A stretch of DNA of 61,388 nt, filler included. It is 3 parts of 3 records of this genome, joined end to end, with 100 filler letters (N's around TTAATTAATTAA, not from the genome) between each part and the next. Parts side by side here need not be neighbours in the genome. Positions count along the whole stretch, not along the records: positions 27,872 to 42,921 come from SRR22947725_115; positions 43,022 to 61,388 come from SRR22947725_126; 1 more part is not named here. One strand, given 5' to 3'. The notes under the pieces are model-generated. The model did no database searches and was not told the DNA's origin. It saw only the letters and a list, made by a program, of their open reading frames with translations. Made by a program: the position numbers and the translations under genes. Positions 39,729-49,711 of this stretch are shown piece after piece (position 1 is the stretch's first letter; each line of letters opens with the position of its first letter).

Positions 39729-40703
39729 TTAAATTAATTTTTTGATTTCTTCAACTGATAAAAACCTATTATCATTTGAAGAATAAATGAAACCTTGTTT
39801 TACAGATTTCCCTTTTTTAAATATTTTAAATTCATTTTTTTCATAAAGAGAATTATTTGGCAATATTACAAAGTGATCAATAAACTCATACGCATTAAAA
39901 GATTCATCTCCAGATATTAACAACTCGTTAATTTTTTCTCCTGGTCTAATTCCAATATTTTTCATTTTAGCTTGCGGATATACAGCTTTTATAAGTTTTG
40001 TTATTTTTATTGATGGCATTTTCGGAATAAATATTTCCCCCTTAATCATTCTTTCTAAGCATTTTAAAACGAATATAACAGCATCGTTTAACTTAACAAA
40101 AAATCTTGTCATTCTCTCGTCTGTAAGTGGAACTTCTTTAATATTTTCATTTTTTAAATTTCTAACCATTGGAACTATTGATCCCCTAGAATTAATTACA
40201 TTTCCGTATCTAACTACAGAAAATCTTGTACCAAGGCCTGACATTGCATTTGCATTAGTAAATATTTTTTCAGAGCATAGTTTAGTTGCTCCATAAAGAT
40301 TTATTGGATTTACTGCTTTGTCAGTTGATAAAGCTATTACTCTTTTAACGTTTGCATCTATCGATGCCTGAATAACATTATTTGATCCATCAATATTTGT
40401 TTTTATACATTCTAATGGATTGTATTCAGCAATTGGAACATGCTTTAACGCTGCGGCATGAATAACAAAATCGACATCTTTAAGTGCAAGTCTTAATCTG
40501 CTTTGATCTCTTACATCTCCAATAAGGAATCTTAATTTATTTGATTTAAATTTTTTTTGCATTGAATATTGTTTCATCTCATCTCTTGAATAAATTATTA
40601 TTTTTCTTAGTTTTGATTTTTGTATTAAATATTCTACACAAGCCTGTCCGAAAGAACCTGTTCCACCTGTAATTAAAATGTTTTTATTGTTTAAAAAATT
40701 CAT
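39729..40703 (-). CDS. pseB: UDP-GlcNAc 4,6-dehydratase (inverting)
   Basis: TGGTGSFG, SRDEMKQ, HAAALKHVP, STDKAVNPINLYGATK, RYGNV, MTRF, GIRPGEK. Confidence 0.93.
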   Translation of the reverse strand: MNFLNNKNILITGGTGSFGQACVEYLIQKSKLRKIIIYSRDEMKQYSMQKKFKSNKLRFLIGDVRDQSRLRLALKDVDFVIHAAALKHVPIAEYNPLECIKTNIDGSNNVIQASIDANVKRVIALSTDKAVNPINLYGATKLCSEKIFTNANAMSGLGTRFSVVRYGNVINSRGSIVPMVRNLKNENIKEVPLTDERMTRFFVKLNDAVIFVLKCLERMIKGEIFIPKMPSIKITKLIKAVYPQAKMKNIGIRPGEKINELLISGDESFNAYEFIDHFVILPNNSLYEKNEFKIFKKGKSVKQGFIYSSNDNRFLSVEEIKKLI

Positions 40704-42463
40704 TTTATTTCTGAAAAATTTCCGTTTTTAAGATCATAGCATTTATCGAAATTTTTAAATATTTCTTTGTTGTGTGAAACCCACAATACTGTAATTTTAT
40801 TTTTATTGCTAACTATATTCTCAACTATTTTGGACTCGTTAAAACTATCTAGTGAACTGGTTGATTCATCTAATACTAATATCTCAGGTTTGAAAAAAAT
40901 AGCTCTGCCTAAAGCAAGTCTTTGTTGCTGACCAGGTGATAATTTGAATCCTGAAGCACCTAAGATTGTATCTAAACCTTCATTCATATTGCTAACTAGA
41001 TCATCTAAGCCTACAATTTTTATTATTTCTCTCAAATAACCCATATCGCTCAATTCTTTACCAAAAGTAATATTATTTAGAAAACTATCATTTTTAATAA
41101 ATATTTCTTGGGGCACACAGGATGCAATTTTTTGCCAACTATTTTTACATCTTGATAAATTTTCACCATCAACAAAAATACTTCCTTTATTTGGCTCATA
41201 AAAACCTAAAAATAAGTCTAGAAAAGTTGATTTGCCTACCCCACTAATGCCTGAAATACCTATTTTTTGTCCTTTAATTACCTCTAAATTCAAATCTTTT
41301 AGGATAAAGTCACGTTGGTTTTTAGGATCAATTTTGTATGAAAAACTAACATTTTCAAATCTAATGCTTTTTTTTAAATTAAATTTTTTGGGATTTTCTT
41401 CATTATTATTCTCAACTAGATTTTTAAATTTTACAAAATCATTGTTTAACCTTGATGCGCTTGGAAAGTTAAATTGAATTCTTTGTAAACTTGAAACTGT
41501 TCTAGATAATGAAGGAATTAATCTATAGCTAGCAACTAGAAATATTCCTATTGTTGGAACAAAATCTGAAACATTGTTGGAATTAAGATTTGTATAGAAA
41601 ACAAACAAGAAAACTAAAACTACTATAAATAGCTCAAAAAATGGCTTACTTAACGAATTTCTAAAATTTGCAGTATAGTTTATTTTGCTAATTTGATTAT
41701 TATGAAATTCAAAATTATTTTTAATTGCATTGAAAGTCCCAAAAATTTTTATATCTTTAAATCCACTTAAGCCCTCAATAATTGACTCTACTCTTTTCTC
41801 TAAATGTGTACTTCGTCTTCCACCCAATTTTGAAATTTTTTTCTTATTAAATAAATTAAAAAGAATCCCAGCACTAAGGAATAAAAAAATAGCAATTATA
41901 GATATCTTAAAATTATAAACGAGTAAAAAAATTGAAATCCCTACAAGGAGTAGGACCTCCATAGTAATTACACAAAATGAGTAGACTGTTGAAATGAAAA
42001 AATCGACCTCATTTGTAATATTTTTAATCAGATCAGAAGTATTGGCTCTCATTTTAAATATTAAAGGCATTTTCATATAACCTGAAAAAAGCTTATTACT
42101 TACATTAGCTCTTAAGTTAGCTAAAAATTTATTTTCTTTTTTGCTTACAAAAATAATAAACAAACTCTTTATAAAAAATAATAAAGCAAAAAATAAAAGA
42201 ATTATTATTTCTTTATTAAAAAAAGGTTCAAGTAATCTGAATACGTGACTGTCAAAAAATTCATAGTCTGAATTTCTGCCCGAAAAAAAATTAAGAATAT
42301 TTAAAATATAGTTTAAAATGAGAATTTCTAATAACATTGATGTCATCATCAAAAAAAAGAGAATTATTGAGTTTATAAATTCTTTTTTTTCTAAAATATT
42401 TTTAAAGTAATTAAACTGATTTATTTTATTTTGAAAAAAATCCATAGCTCCGCACTTTGCCAA
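40700..42463 (-). CDS. ABC transporter, fused permease/ATPase (PglK/MsbA-like glycan flippase)
   Basis: N-terminal TM domain, GISGVGKST, VPQE, LSPGQQQR, LDESTSSLD; start may be 42445. Confidence 0.88.
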   Translation of the reverse strand: MAKCGAMDFFQNKINQFNYFKNILEKKEFINSIILFFLMMTSMLLEILILNYILNILNFFSGRNSDYEFFDSHVFRLLEPFFNKEIIILLFFALLFFIKSLFIIFVSKKENKFLANLRANVSNKLFSGYMKMPLIFKMRANTSDLIKNITNEVDFFISTVYSFCVITMEVLLLVGISIFLLVYNFKISIIAIFLFLSAGILFNLFNKKKISKLGGRRSTHLEKRVESIIEGLSGFKDIKIFGTFNAIKNNFEFHNNQISKINYTANFRNSLSKPFFELFIVVLVFLFVFYTNLNSNNVSDFVPTIGIFLVASYRLIPSLSRTVSSLQRIQFNFPSASRLNNDFVKFKNLVENNNEENPKKFNLKKSIRFENVSFSYKIDPKNQRDFILKDLNLEVIKGQKIGISGISGVGKSTFLDLFLGFYEPNKGSIFVDGENLSRCKNSWQKIASCVPQEIFIKNDSFLNNITFGKELSDMGYLREIIKIVGLDDLVSNMNEGLDTILGASGFKLSPGQQQRLALGRAIFFKPEILVLDESTSSLDSFNESKIVENIVSNKNKITVLWVSHNKEIFKNFDKCYDLKNGNFSEIK

Positions 42464-42494
42464 TTAGAAAATTGTCAATTTATGTTTCTTTTTT

Positions 42495-42921
42495 TTATAC
42501 AGACGTATAAAAATATTTGTCATTTTTAACTATTACTTTGATATTATTAACTAATATCCGTAAATCCGATTTTCCAATTTTTTTTATTTTGAAAAATAAA
42601 TTTTTTAAAGGTCCGGAAATAAATTGACCATCTTTTTTATAACAATCATTAAAAAAATTAGGTTTCAAAAAACCATCAAAATTTTCATATTTTTTACATT
42701 TACTTATAAATTCAGTAATTGAATTTTGAGATAAAATATTACCTTTCAAAATTTGTTCGAGCCCTTTTAAAAATTTCAACTTAATTAATTTACTTTCATC
42801 TTTAAAATCATGATGATTACAAAATAGGTATTTGCCTAATACAAATTGAATTTTTTTTTTATTATTTTTATCATCTATTTTAATTCTTGGAATATAAAAT
42901 TTAGCTGAAGAAAAATTTTTT
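42495..42921 (-). CDS. Hypothetical protein, C-terminal fragment
   Basis: Frame stays open from the gap (KIFSSAKFYIPRIK...) to the stop at 42495; no recognisable motif. Confidence 0.55.
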
Positions 42922-43021
42922 NNNNNNNNNNNNNNNNNNNNNNNNNNNNNNNNNNNNNNNNNNNNTTAATTAATTAANNNNNNNNNNNNNNNNNNNNNNN
43001 NNNNNNNNNNNNNNNNNNNNN
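42922..43021. other. Artificial contig-joining spacer
   Basis: Identical N44-TTAATTAATTAA-N44 linker. Confidence 0.97.
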
Positions 43022-43373
43022 TTCCAATATTACTTCCAAAAAATAAATTATCTCCAAGAATAAGGGTCACAGGCTTGTTATCAATAAATTTTTTTCCTAT
43101 TTTTATTGCTTGAGCTATTCCCTCAGCTTTTTTTTGTGTCTCATATTTAATATTTATGCCAAGATGGGATCCATTTTTTAACAATTTCTTTAATAAATCA
43201 ATATCTCCTGGATTTGAAATTATAAGTATTTCCCTAATACCAGCTAACATTAATGTTGATAGTGGATAATAAATCATAGGTTTATTGTAAATTGGTAAGA
43301 GCTGCTTTGTAATAGCAGAAGTTAAGGGCTTTAAACGCGTATTATTTCCACCAGCTAAAATAATACCTCTCAT
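43022..43373 (-). CDS. rmlA: Glucose-1-phosphate thymidylyltransferase, N-terminal part
   Basis: GIILAGG..TRL.PLT, KQLLPIYNKPMIYYPL, LILGDN; cut by the gap. Confidence 0.95.
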
Positions 43374-44383
43374 TATTTAACTTTAGTTAAGTTTTTTTTA
43401 TACCATAATACGGTATTAAATAACTCTTTGTTGAAATTTTTTTTTGGTTTCCATTTTAAGTCATTCATAATTTTATTTGCATTTACAGAATACTTGAAAT
43501 CATGCCCTAATCTATCTTTTACTTTTGTAATTAATTTTAGATAATCTATTTTTTTATTTAAGTTATTAGTTTTATTTAGTATTTGGCATATTGATTTTAT
43601 TATATAAATATTTTGTTTAACATTTTTTGATCCAATATTGTACGAATCTCCAATTTTTCCTTTTTTTGAAATTAAAACAAGCGCATCAACATGATCCTGC
43701 ACATGAATCCAATCTCTCATCTGTTTTCCATTTCCATAAACAGGTATTTTTTTTTTTCTAATAGCATTTATTATTGTTTTAGGAATTAACTTTTCACTAT
43801 TTTGAAAAGGACCATAATTATTTGAACAGTGAGTAATTAATACTGGCAAGTTATAAGTTTTATAAAATGACCTAACTAAATGATCAGAAGAAGCTTTTGA
43901 AGCTGCATAAGGTGAGTTTGGGAGAAAGGTGGAGTTTTCACTGAAAGATCTTGATCCTTTTTTTAAAGAGCCAAAGACCTCATCTGTTGATATCTGAATA
44001 AATTTAAATTTACTTCTATTATTTTTACTCATTGTTTGAAAATATTGATTAGATAATTCAAGAAGATTAAAAGTGCCAATTATATTTGTTTGAATAAATT
44101 TTTTTGAGTTAACTATTGATCTGTCTACATGGGATTCAGCAGCAAGATTAAAAATTATATTTGGTTTAAATTGGGAAATAACATTTTTAATTTTTTTTTG
44201 ATCACCTATATTAGCTTTTAAAAACATATAGTTGTGTTTGTCCTTAATACTATCAAGGGCATATTTATTGTGAGCATAGGTTAAATTATCTATATTCAAA
44301 ATTTGATTTTGTTTATATTTAATTAATGTTTTTATTAATGCCGATCCTATAAATCCTGAACCACCTGTTATCAAATATTTCAT
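43373..44383 (-). CDS. rmlB: dTDP-glucose 4,6-dehydratase
   Basis: TGGSGFIGS, AAESHVDRSI, ISTDEVFG, PNSPYAASK, CSNNYGP. Confidence 0.96.
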   Translation of the reverse strand: MKYLITGGSGFIGSALIKTLIKYKQNQILNIDNLTYAHNKYALDSIKDKHNYMFLKANIGDQKKIKNVISQFKPNIIFNLAAESHVDRSIVNSKKFIQTNIIGTFNLLELSNQYFQTMSKNNRSKFKFIQISTDEVFGSLKKGSRSFSENSTFLPNSPYAASKASSDHLVRSFYKTYNLPVLITHCSNNYGPFQNSEKLIPKTIINAIRKKKIPVYGNGKQMRDWIHVQDHVDALVLISKKGKIGDSYNIGSKNVKQNIYIIKSICQILNKTNNLNKKIDYLKLITKVKDRLGHDFKYSVNANKIMNDLKWKPKKNFNKELFNTVLWYKKNLTKVK

Positions 44384-44384
44384 T

Positions 44385-45254
44385 TTATCTCTTTATGTTA
44401 AGTATACACTTTTTTAAACTTACTTTCCAATGAGGAAATTTAATATTAAAGTGTTTAAATACTCTATTGCACTTTAATGAAGAATTATGTGGACGTTTAG
44501 TTTTAAATTTATATTTATTACTAGAAATAGGCTTAATTAATTTTTTATTTTTATATATTTCTCTTGCAAATTTATACCATGAAGTTTTAACCCCACTGGA
44601 AAAATTATAAATTTTTATTGGATGAATTTTTTTTGTAAAATTTGTTGAAGATATAATTTTTAATAAATTAATAGCTATATCTTTTGCAAATGTTGGCGTT
44701 CCATATTGATCTGAGACAACAGATATCTCTTTTTTTAAAATATTAAAATTATATATCGTTTTAACAAAATTTTTACCAAAAGATGAGTAAACCCAACTTG
44801 TTCTTATTATCATACCATGTGGTCTAATTTTTAATATAGCTTCATCAGCTAATAATTTAGTATAACCATAATAATTTATAGGATTTGTTTTACTATTTTC
44901 GTTGTACATATTTTTTGAATTACCATTAAAAACATAATCAGTACTAAAATGAATTAGTATTATATTCATACTCTTACATAATAAAGCTAATTTCTTAACT
45001 GCAAAAAAATTTATTTTTTTACATTGTTTTTTATCCTTTTCAGCCTTATCAACATCGGTATAAGCTGCACAGTTCACAATTATATTAATTTTATAAGATA
45101 AAATAATTTTTTTAATTTTTACAGAATCATTTATATCAAGTTTTTTTTTTGTTAAAAAAAAAAATTTAAAACAATTAAATTTCTTAGAAATAATTTTTAT
45201 TTCCTTTGCGATTTGACTTTTGGAACCAGTAACTAAGATTCTGAATTTTTTCAT
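44385..45254 (-). CDS. rmlD: dTDP-4-dehydrorhamnose reductase
   Basis: NCAAYTDVDKAE, STDYVF, YGYTK, RTSWVY, DQYGTPT. Confidence 0.92.
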   Translation of the reverse strand: MKKFRILVTGSKSQIAKEIKIISKKFNCFKFFFLTKKKLDINDSVKIKKIILSYKINIIVNCAAYTDVDKAEKDKKQCKKINFFAVKKLALLCKSMNIILIHFSTDYVFNGNSKNMYNENSKTNPINYYGYTKLLADEAILKIRPHGMIIRTSWVYSSFGKNFVKTIYNFNILKKEISVVSDQYGTPTFAKDIAINLLKIISSTNFTKKIHPIKIYNFSSGVKTSWYKFAREIYKNKKLIKPISSNKYKFKTKRPHNSSLKCNRVFKHFNIKFPHWKVSLKKCILNIKR

Positions 45255-45444
45255 TAAATATTATATAGACTTAATATTTATCATGATAAATACATAAATA
45301 AGTAATTACTTAACTTAATACTATAATACTAATTTAATATTGAAAGTATTTTAGATCATTTTTCTCATTTTCAAAAAAATAAAATGCTTTCCTTAACTGT
45401 TATCTGAAGAAAAAGTTTAGTAAAAAAAAATTTATTAAAAAAAT

Positions 45445-46395
45445 TTATTTTTTAAATAAACTATTTTTTAAAAATTTTAAACTACTTTTTGAACCACAAA
45501 GGCTAAATAATAAATGTATAACAATAAGTAAGTTATTATTATTTAATGAAGTTATTTTTTTTTTAAAATATCTAATTTTTTCAAATAAGCTTTTATCTGT
45601 TTCTCTTTTATCTAATGTTAAATGCTTAAAATCATCATAAAAATATTCAATATTTTTATATAATAAATTGTAATATTTTTTTTTTATAAATATAATATTA
45701 TATTGATTTTCATACTCAAAATCTCTTAATATTGGTACATAATCTCTCTCTTTTAAAAAATTAATAAGTTTGTTATCGCTAATTTGATTATTCCAAATAA
45801 CTTCTTGTTCAACTTCAACTTTAATAAATACACATTCTTTTTTTGAACTTTTTAAAAAATTAATACCCCCCTGCAAAACTTCATAGGCATAACCCTCAAC
45901 ATCTATCCACAATGCAAACTTTTCATCCTTAAATGAATATTTATCTAACAAACTATCTAAGGAGATAACTTGGACTTTATTTATAATATAATTCTCTTTA
46001 TTAATATTTTTTTTTATAAGAAAAGATCCATTTTTTGCTAATTTATTATCTTTAGGAATATAAAAATTTAACTCACCTTGATGCTTACCTAATCCATGGT
46101 TCAAAAATATAATATTTTTTTTATAATTTTTTGTAGTAATATTTTTGAAAATTATAGGGTTAGCCTCTATTGCTATTGCACTATTTCCTATTTCTTTAAC
46201 AAATTTTAGAGATGCATAAGCTTCATGAGCGCCGCACTCAATTAAAGTATCAATATTTTCAAATTTTAATAAATTAAAAAAACATTCATCTAGCCATAAG
46301 GCTGTTTTATTACGAAAATAATCAGAATTTTTTGGTGATAACCCTGAGTAAATTTTTAAAAAATGCTCATTTTGGGACTCATATGATTGCTTCAT
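45445..46395 (-). CDS. FkbM-family methyltransferase
   Basis: ECGAHEA, IEANP, WIDVEG..YEVLQG. Confidence 0.8.
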   Translation of the reverse strand: MKQSYESQNEHFLKIYSGLSPKNSDYFRNKTALWLDECFFNLLKFENIDTLIECGAHEAYASLKFVKEIGNSAIAIEANPIIFKNITTKNYKKNIIFLNHGLGKHQGELNFYIPKDNKLAKNGSFLIKKNINKENYIINKVQVISLDSLLDKYSFKDEKFALWIDVEGYAYEVLQGGINFLKSSKKECVFIKVEVEQEVIWNNQISDNKLINFLKERDYVPILRDFEYENQYNIIFIKKKYYNLLYKNIEYFYDDFKHLTLDKRETDKSLFEKIRYFKKKITSLNNNNLLIVIHLLFSLCGSKSSLKFLKNSLFKK

Positions 46396-46449
46396 TTTAT
46401 AATGCTAAAATAACATAATTTTATATCATTAAAGTAACAAGACTTTAAA

Positions 46450-46526
46450 TGGTAGCGGAGGAGGGATTTGAACCCCCGACATCACGAATATGAGTCGTGC
46501 GCTCTGACCAACTGAGCTACTCCGCC
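46450..46526 (-). tRNA. tRNA-Met(CAT), elongator type
   Basis: Reverse complement GGCGGAGTAGCTCAGTTGGTCAGAGCG-CACGA-CTCATAT-TCGTG-ATGTC-GGGGGTTCAAATCCCT-CCTCCGCTACCA; lacks the initiator C1 mismatch and the triple G-C anticodon stem. Confidence 0.93.
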
Positions 46527-46630
46527 ATAACTGTGTATTAATTTAAAGTAATAAGAAAATCAATTTGAAATATGTAAATTATAAAATTTACTATGAATGA
46601 GCTTATAAACAGGATAATTGATAATTTTTA

Positions 46631-47911
46631 ATGCATAGTAATCAAAAATTAGAAAGAATCTTAATAATAATTTCTTCATTGATTCCTCTATTCCTAATAA
46701 TTGGTCCAGCAATAAGCGATATTTCTATAGTATTAATTTCTGCTATTTTTATCTATATTACATTTAAAAATAAAAAACTATTTTACTACAAAAACTGGTA
46801 TCTAACATTATTTTTTATTTGCTGCCTATTTTTAATTTTAATATCGTTTTTAAGTGAAAATATAAAATTATCACTTGAAAGTACTCTTTTTTATTTTAGG
46901 TTTGGTTTTTTTACTTTAGCAATTGCATATCTTGTTAATATAAAACAATTTATTAAGTATTTTACATATTGTTTGTTAATTTGTTTTTTCATTTTATTTT
47001 TTGATGCAATTATTGAATTTATATTTAAATTTAATTTTATATATTTATTAAATTTGAATTTAGAACCTAGCCAAGGAAGGATCTCAAGCTTGTTTGGTAA
47101 TGAACATATTTTAGGAAGTTATTTGGTAAGACTCTTACCAATAAGTATTTTATTAATTTTAATTAACTTTAAAAATCAAAAGTATTTTAATTATTTTTTT
47201 TCTATTTTTATAACTTTTGTTAGTATCGTAGTTTTTATTAGTGGTGAGAGAACGGCCTTTTTTATGTTAATACTAACTATAATATTAGCATTAATATTAA
47301 TAAAAAATATTCGAAAAAATTTATTATTTACTATTCTACCTATGATTTTTATAATTATTAGCCTAATTTTCTTGAACACAAACTTAAAAAACAGGATGTT
47401 TAACTTAACTTTTAATCAATTTGTATCAACAGAAATAAATAGTGGTAAGTTAAATTTAAATTTTTTTTCGATACAGCATGAAGTAATTTACAATACATCT
47501 TTTAAGATTTTTAAAGATAATCCTATATTGGGTATTGGACCTAAATCTTTTAGAAATATTTGCAAAGATTCAAAATATCATACATTAACTGATGCGGATA
47601 AATCAATTAATGGGTGTCAAACTCATCCTCATAATACGTATGTTCAATTTTTAGTAGAAACAGGCATACTCGGTTTCCTTTTAATAACTTTTATTTTTCT
47701 AACAATATGTTTTGAATTAATAAAATCACTAAAAAATATAAATAAAAATCTTAATGATAATGAATTAATTAAGATATTAAGCTTAATATCAATTTTTGTA
47801 AATTTATGGCCCTTAATGCCAAATGGTAATTTTTTTAATAATTGGTTGAGTATAATTTTTTATATACCTGTTGGATTTTATTTTAGTCAAAAAATAAAAA
47901 ATAAATTATAA
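46631..47911 (+). CDS. O-antigen ligase / Wzy_C-family membrane protein
   Basis: RISSLFG, SGERTA, PILGIGP..FR, THPHNTY..FLVETG; many TM segments. Confidence 0.87.
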   Translation: MHSNQKLERILIIISSLIPLFLIIGPAISDISIVLISAIFIYITFKNKKLFYYKNWYLTLFFICCLFLILISFLSENIKLSLESTLFYFRFGFFTLAIAYLVNIKQFIKYFTYCLLICFFILFFDAIIEFIFKFNFIYLLNLNLEPSQGRISSLFGNEHILGSYLVRLLPISILLILINFKNQKYFNYFFSIFITFVSIVVFISGERTAFFMLILTIILALILIKNIRKNLLFTILPMIFIIISLIFLNTNLKNRMFNLTFNQFVSTEINSGKLNLNFFSIQHEVIYNTSFKIFKDNPILGIGPKSFRNICKDSKYHTLTDADKSINGCQTHPHNTYVQFLVETGILGFLLITFIFLTICFELIKSLKNINKNLNDNELIKILSLISIFVNLWPLMPNGNFFNNWLSIIFYIPVGFYFSQKIKNKL

Positions 47912-48949
47912 TTTTTTACTTAGAGCAATATAGAAAAAAAAGTATATAAAAATTTGTAATAAAAAAATAAACCAAAAGATTTCATTAAAAGGATCTTTGT
48001 AAATTAAAAAAATAAATAAACCTGGCATTGAAAAGAATGTGAGGACAATTAATCCTGTCATAGAGTTTGCTAAAATAAAATTTATTTTTCTTGTTTTTAA
48101 AAATTCATAAAACATATTATGAAGGTGTTTATTATCAGGTTTTAAGGGATTTTTAGAATGTGTTAATCTTCTTAATATTGAATTTAATACTTCTAAAGAG
48201 GGATAACTTAAAATACTCGCTAAAAGTCCAGCAGATATTAAATAATTGTTATATAACTTTAAAGATATTGTTGATATCATAAATCCGATCATAAAACTTC
48301 CTGAGTCTCCTAAATAAACTCTTCCGATTAAAATATTATAAAAGAAAAAAACTAGTAATAATTTTAAAAATAATAAATAAAAAATATCTTCAGTTAAAAT
48401 ATAAAATATAATAAAAGCAACTAGACCAATTCCAGATACAATTCCATTAGCTCCATCAGCAATATTTGAGGCATTAATAAAACCTACAATAATAAAAAAA
48501 GATATAATTATTTTTAAAAAATATATGTTGAGAAAAAAATCAAAAAAACTTAGTCCAGTAAAATTCGCCCTGTACTCATGATTTAAGAAAACAATAGCTA
48601 ATACTAATACTGATAAAAGTGTAAACTTTAACAAATAATGTATACCTCCAAAATAATCATCAAAAAAGCCAATTAGAGTAATTAATATTATAGAAAAAAA
48701 ATAATACGAGTTTGTGAATGAAAATATTTCGTTAGTACTATGGTAAAAGTAATCTGAGAATACTAAAAAAAATAAAATTAATATCCCGCCTAATCTGGAA
48801 CTCTCAATAACAGAAATTCCATGCATCTTAACTGATGTGCTATTTTGATTAGGTGCTCTTAAATCATTTGCAATTTTTAACTTTGAAATAAAAAAAAGTG
48901 CACTCAAAAATATTAGTTCTATCAGCCCAAAAGATTTAACAATGTTCAT
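47906..48949 (-). CDS. WecA/MraY-family polyprenyl-phosphate HexNAc-1-P transferase
   Basis: RLGG, GFFDD, NASNIADGANG, YLGDSGS, PDNKHLH. Confidence 0.87.
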   Translation of the reverse strand: MNIVKSFGLIELIFLSALFFISKLKIANDLRAPNQNSTSVKMHGISVIESSRLGGILILFFLVFSDYFYHSTNEIFSFTNSYYFFSIILITLIGFFDDYFGGIHYLLKFTLLSVLVLAIVFLNHEYRANFTGLSFFDFFLNIYFLKIIISFFIIVGFINASNIADGANGIVSGIGLVAFIIFYILTEDIFYLLFLKLLLVFFFYNILIGRVYLGDSGSFMIGFMISTISLKLYNNYLISAGLLASILSYPSLEVLNSILRRLTHSKNPLKPDNKHLHNMFYEFLKTRKINFILANSMTGLIVLTFFSMPGLFIFLIYKDPFNEIFWFIFLLQIFIYFFFYIALSKKL

Positions 48950-48970
48950 AATCTGATTTTTTTAGATATA

Positions 48971-49306
48971 TTAAATACTAAAAGATTCACCGCATCCACA
49001 TGAATTCTTTTCATTAGGATTTTTAAAAACAAATCTAGAAGATAATTTATCTTTAGAATAATCCATCACTGAACCGAATAAAAAAATAATAGCTTTACGA
49101 TCAATAAAAACTTTGAAATCAGATTTCTTAACAATATCAAATTCATCTTCATTAATATCAATTGCAAAATCCATTTTATAAGAATAGCCACTGCATCCAC
49201 CCTTATCTACTCCAATTAGCAGACCCTTTGTTCCTTGTGGCCCACTCTTGATTAATTTTTTTATTTGTTTTGATGCATTTTCGGTAATATTCAAAACGTC
49301 ATTCAT
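48971..49306 (-). CDS. sufA: A-type Fe-S carrier (SufA/IscA)
   Basis: GGCSGYSY and NPNEKNSCGCGESF. Confidence 0.9.
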   Translation of the reverse strand: MNDVLNITENASKQIKKLIKSGPQGTKGLLIGVDKGGCSGYSYKMDFAIDINEDEFDIVKKSDFKVFIDRKAIIFLFGSVMDYSKDKLSSRFVFKNPNEKNSCGCGESFSI

Positions 49307-49324
49307 AGTTCTTTATAAAGCAAA

Positions 49325-49711
49325 TTAGAAAATATCTAAAGCAAGTTTTGCATCTTCAGACATTAAGTTTTTTGTCCAAGTAGGTTTCCAAACTAATTGC
49401 ACTTTAATTGACTTCAAGCCTTCTAAATGTTCAATTGATTTTCCAACGTTTCTTGGCATTTGACCAGCTACTGGACAATTTGGATTAGTTAAGGTCATTT
49501 CTATTAATATATTATTATCACTATTTTTTATTGAATAGATTAAACCCAAATCATACAAATTTACTGGTATTTCTGGATCCACTACAGTCTTAATGCACGT
49601 GATAATCTCTTCATTATTAATTTGACGGACCTCATTTTGAGATTCAAACTCTTTGTAGTAACTTCCATTTTTATTTGGTAAAAAATCTTCTAATTTTTTT
49701 TTTTCTGTCAT
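49325..49711 (-). CDS. sufT: DUF59 / SufT Fe-S maturation protein
   Basis: DPEIPVNLYDLGLIY, MTLTNPNCPVA. Confidence 0.88.
   Translation of the reverse strand: MTEKKKLEDFLPNKNGSYYKEFESQNEVRQINNEEIITCIKTVVDPEIPVNLYDLGLIYSIKNSDNNILIEMTLTNPNCPVAGQMPRNVGKSIEHLEGLKSIKVQLVWKPTWTKNLMSEDAKLALDIF

Noticed and set aside
44385-45254. RmlD glycine-rich motif degenerate (GSKSQIA)
   Set aside because: Other catalytic motifs are intact and the ORF is full length; not enough to call it inactive.
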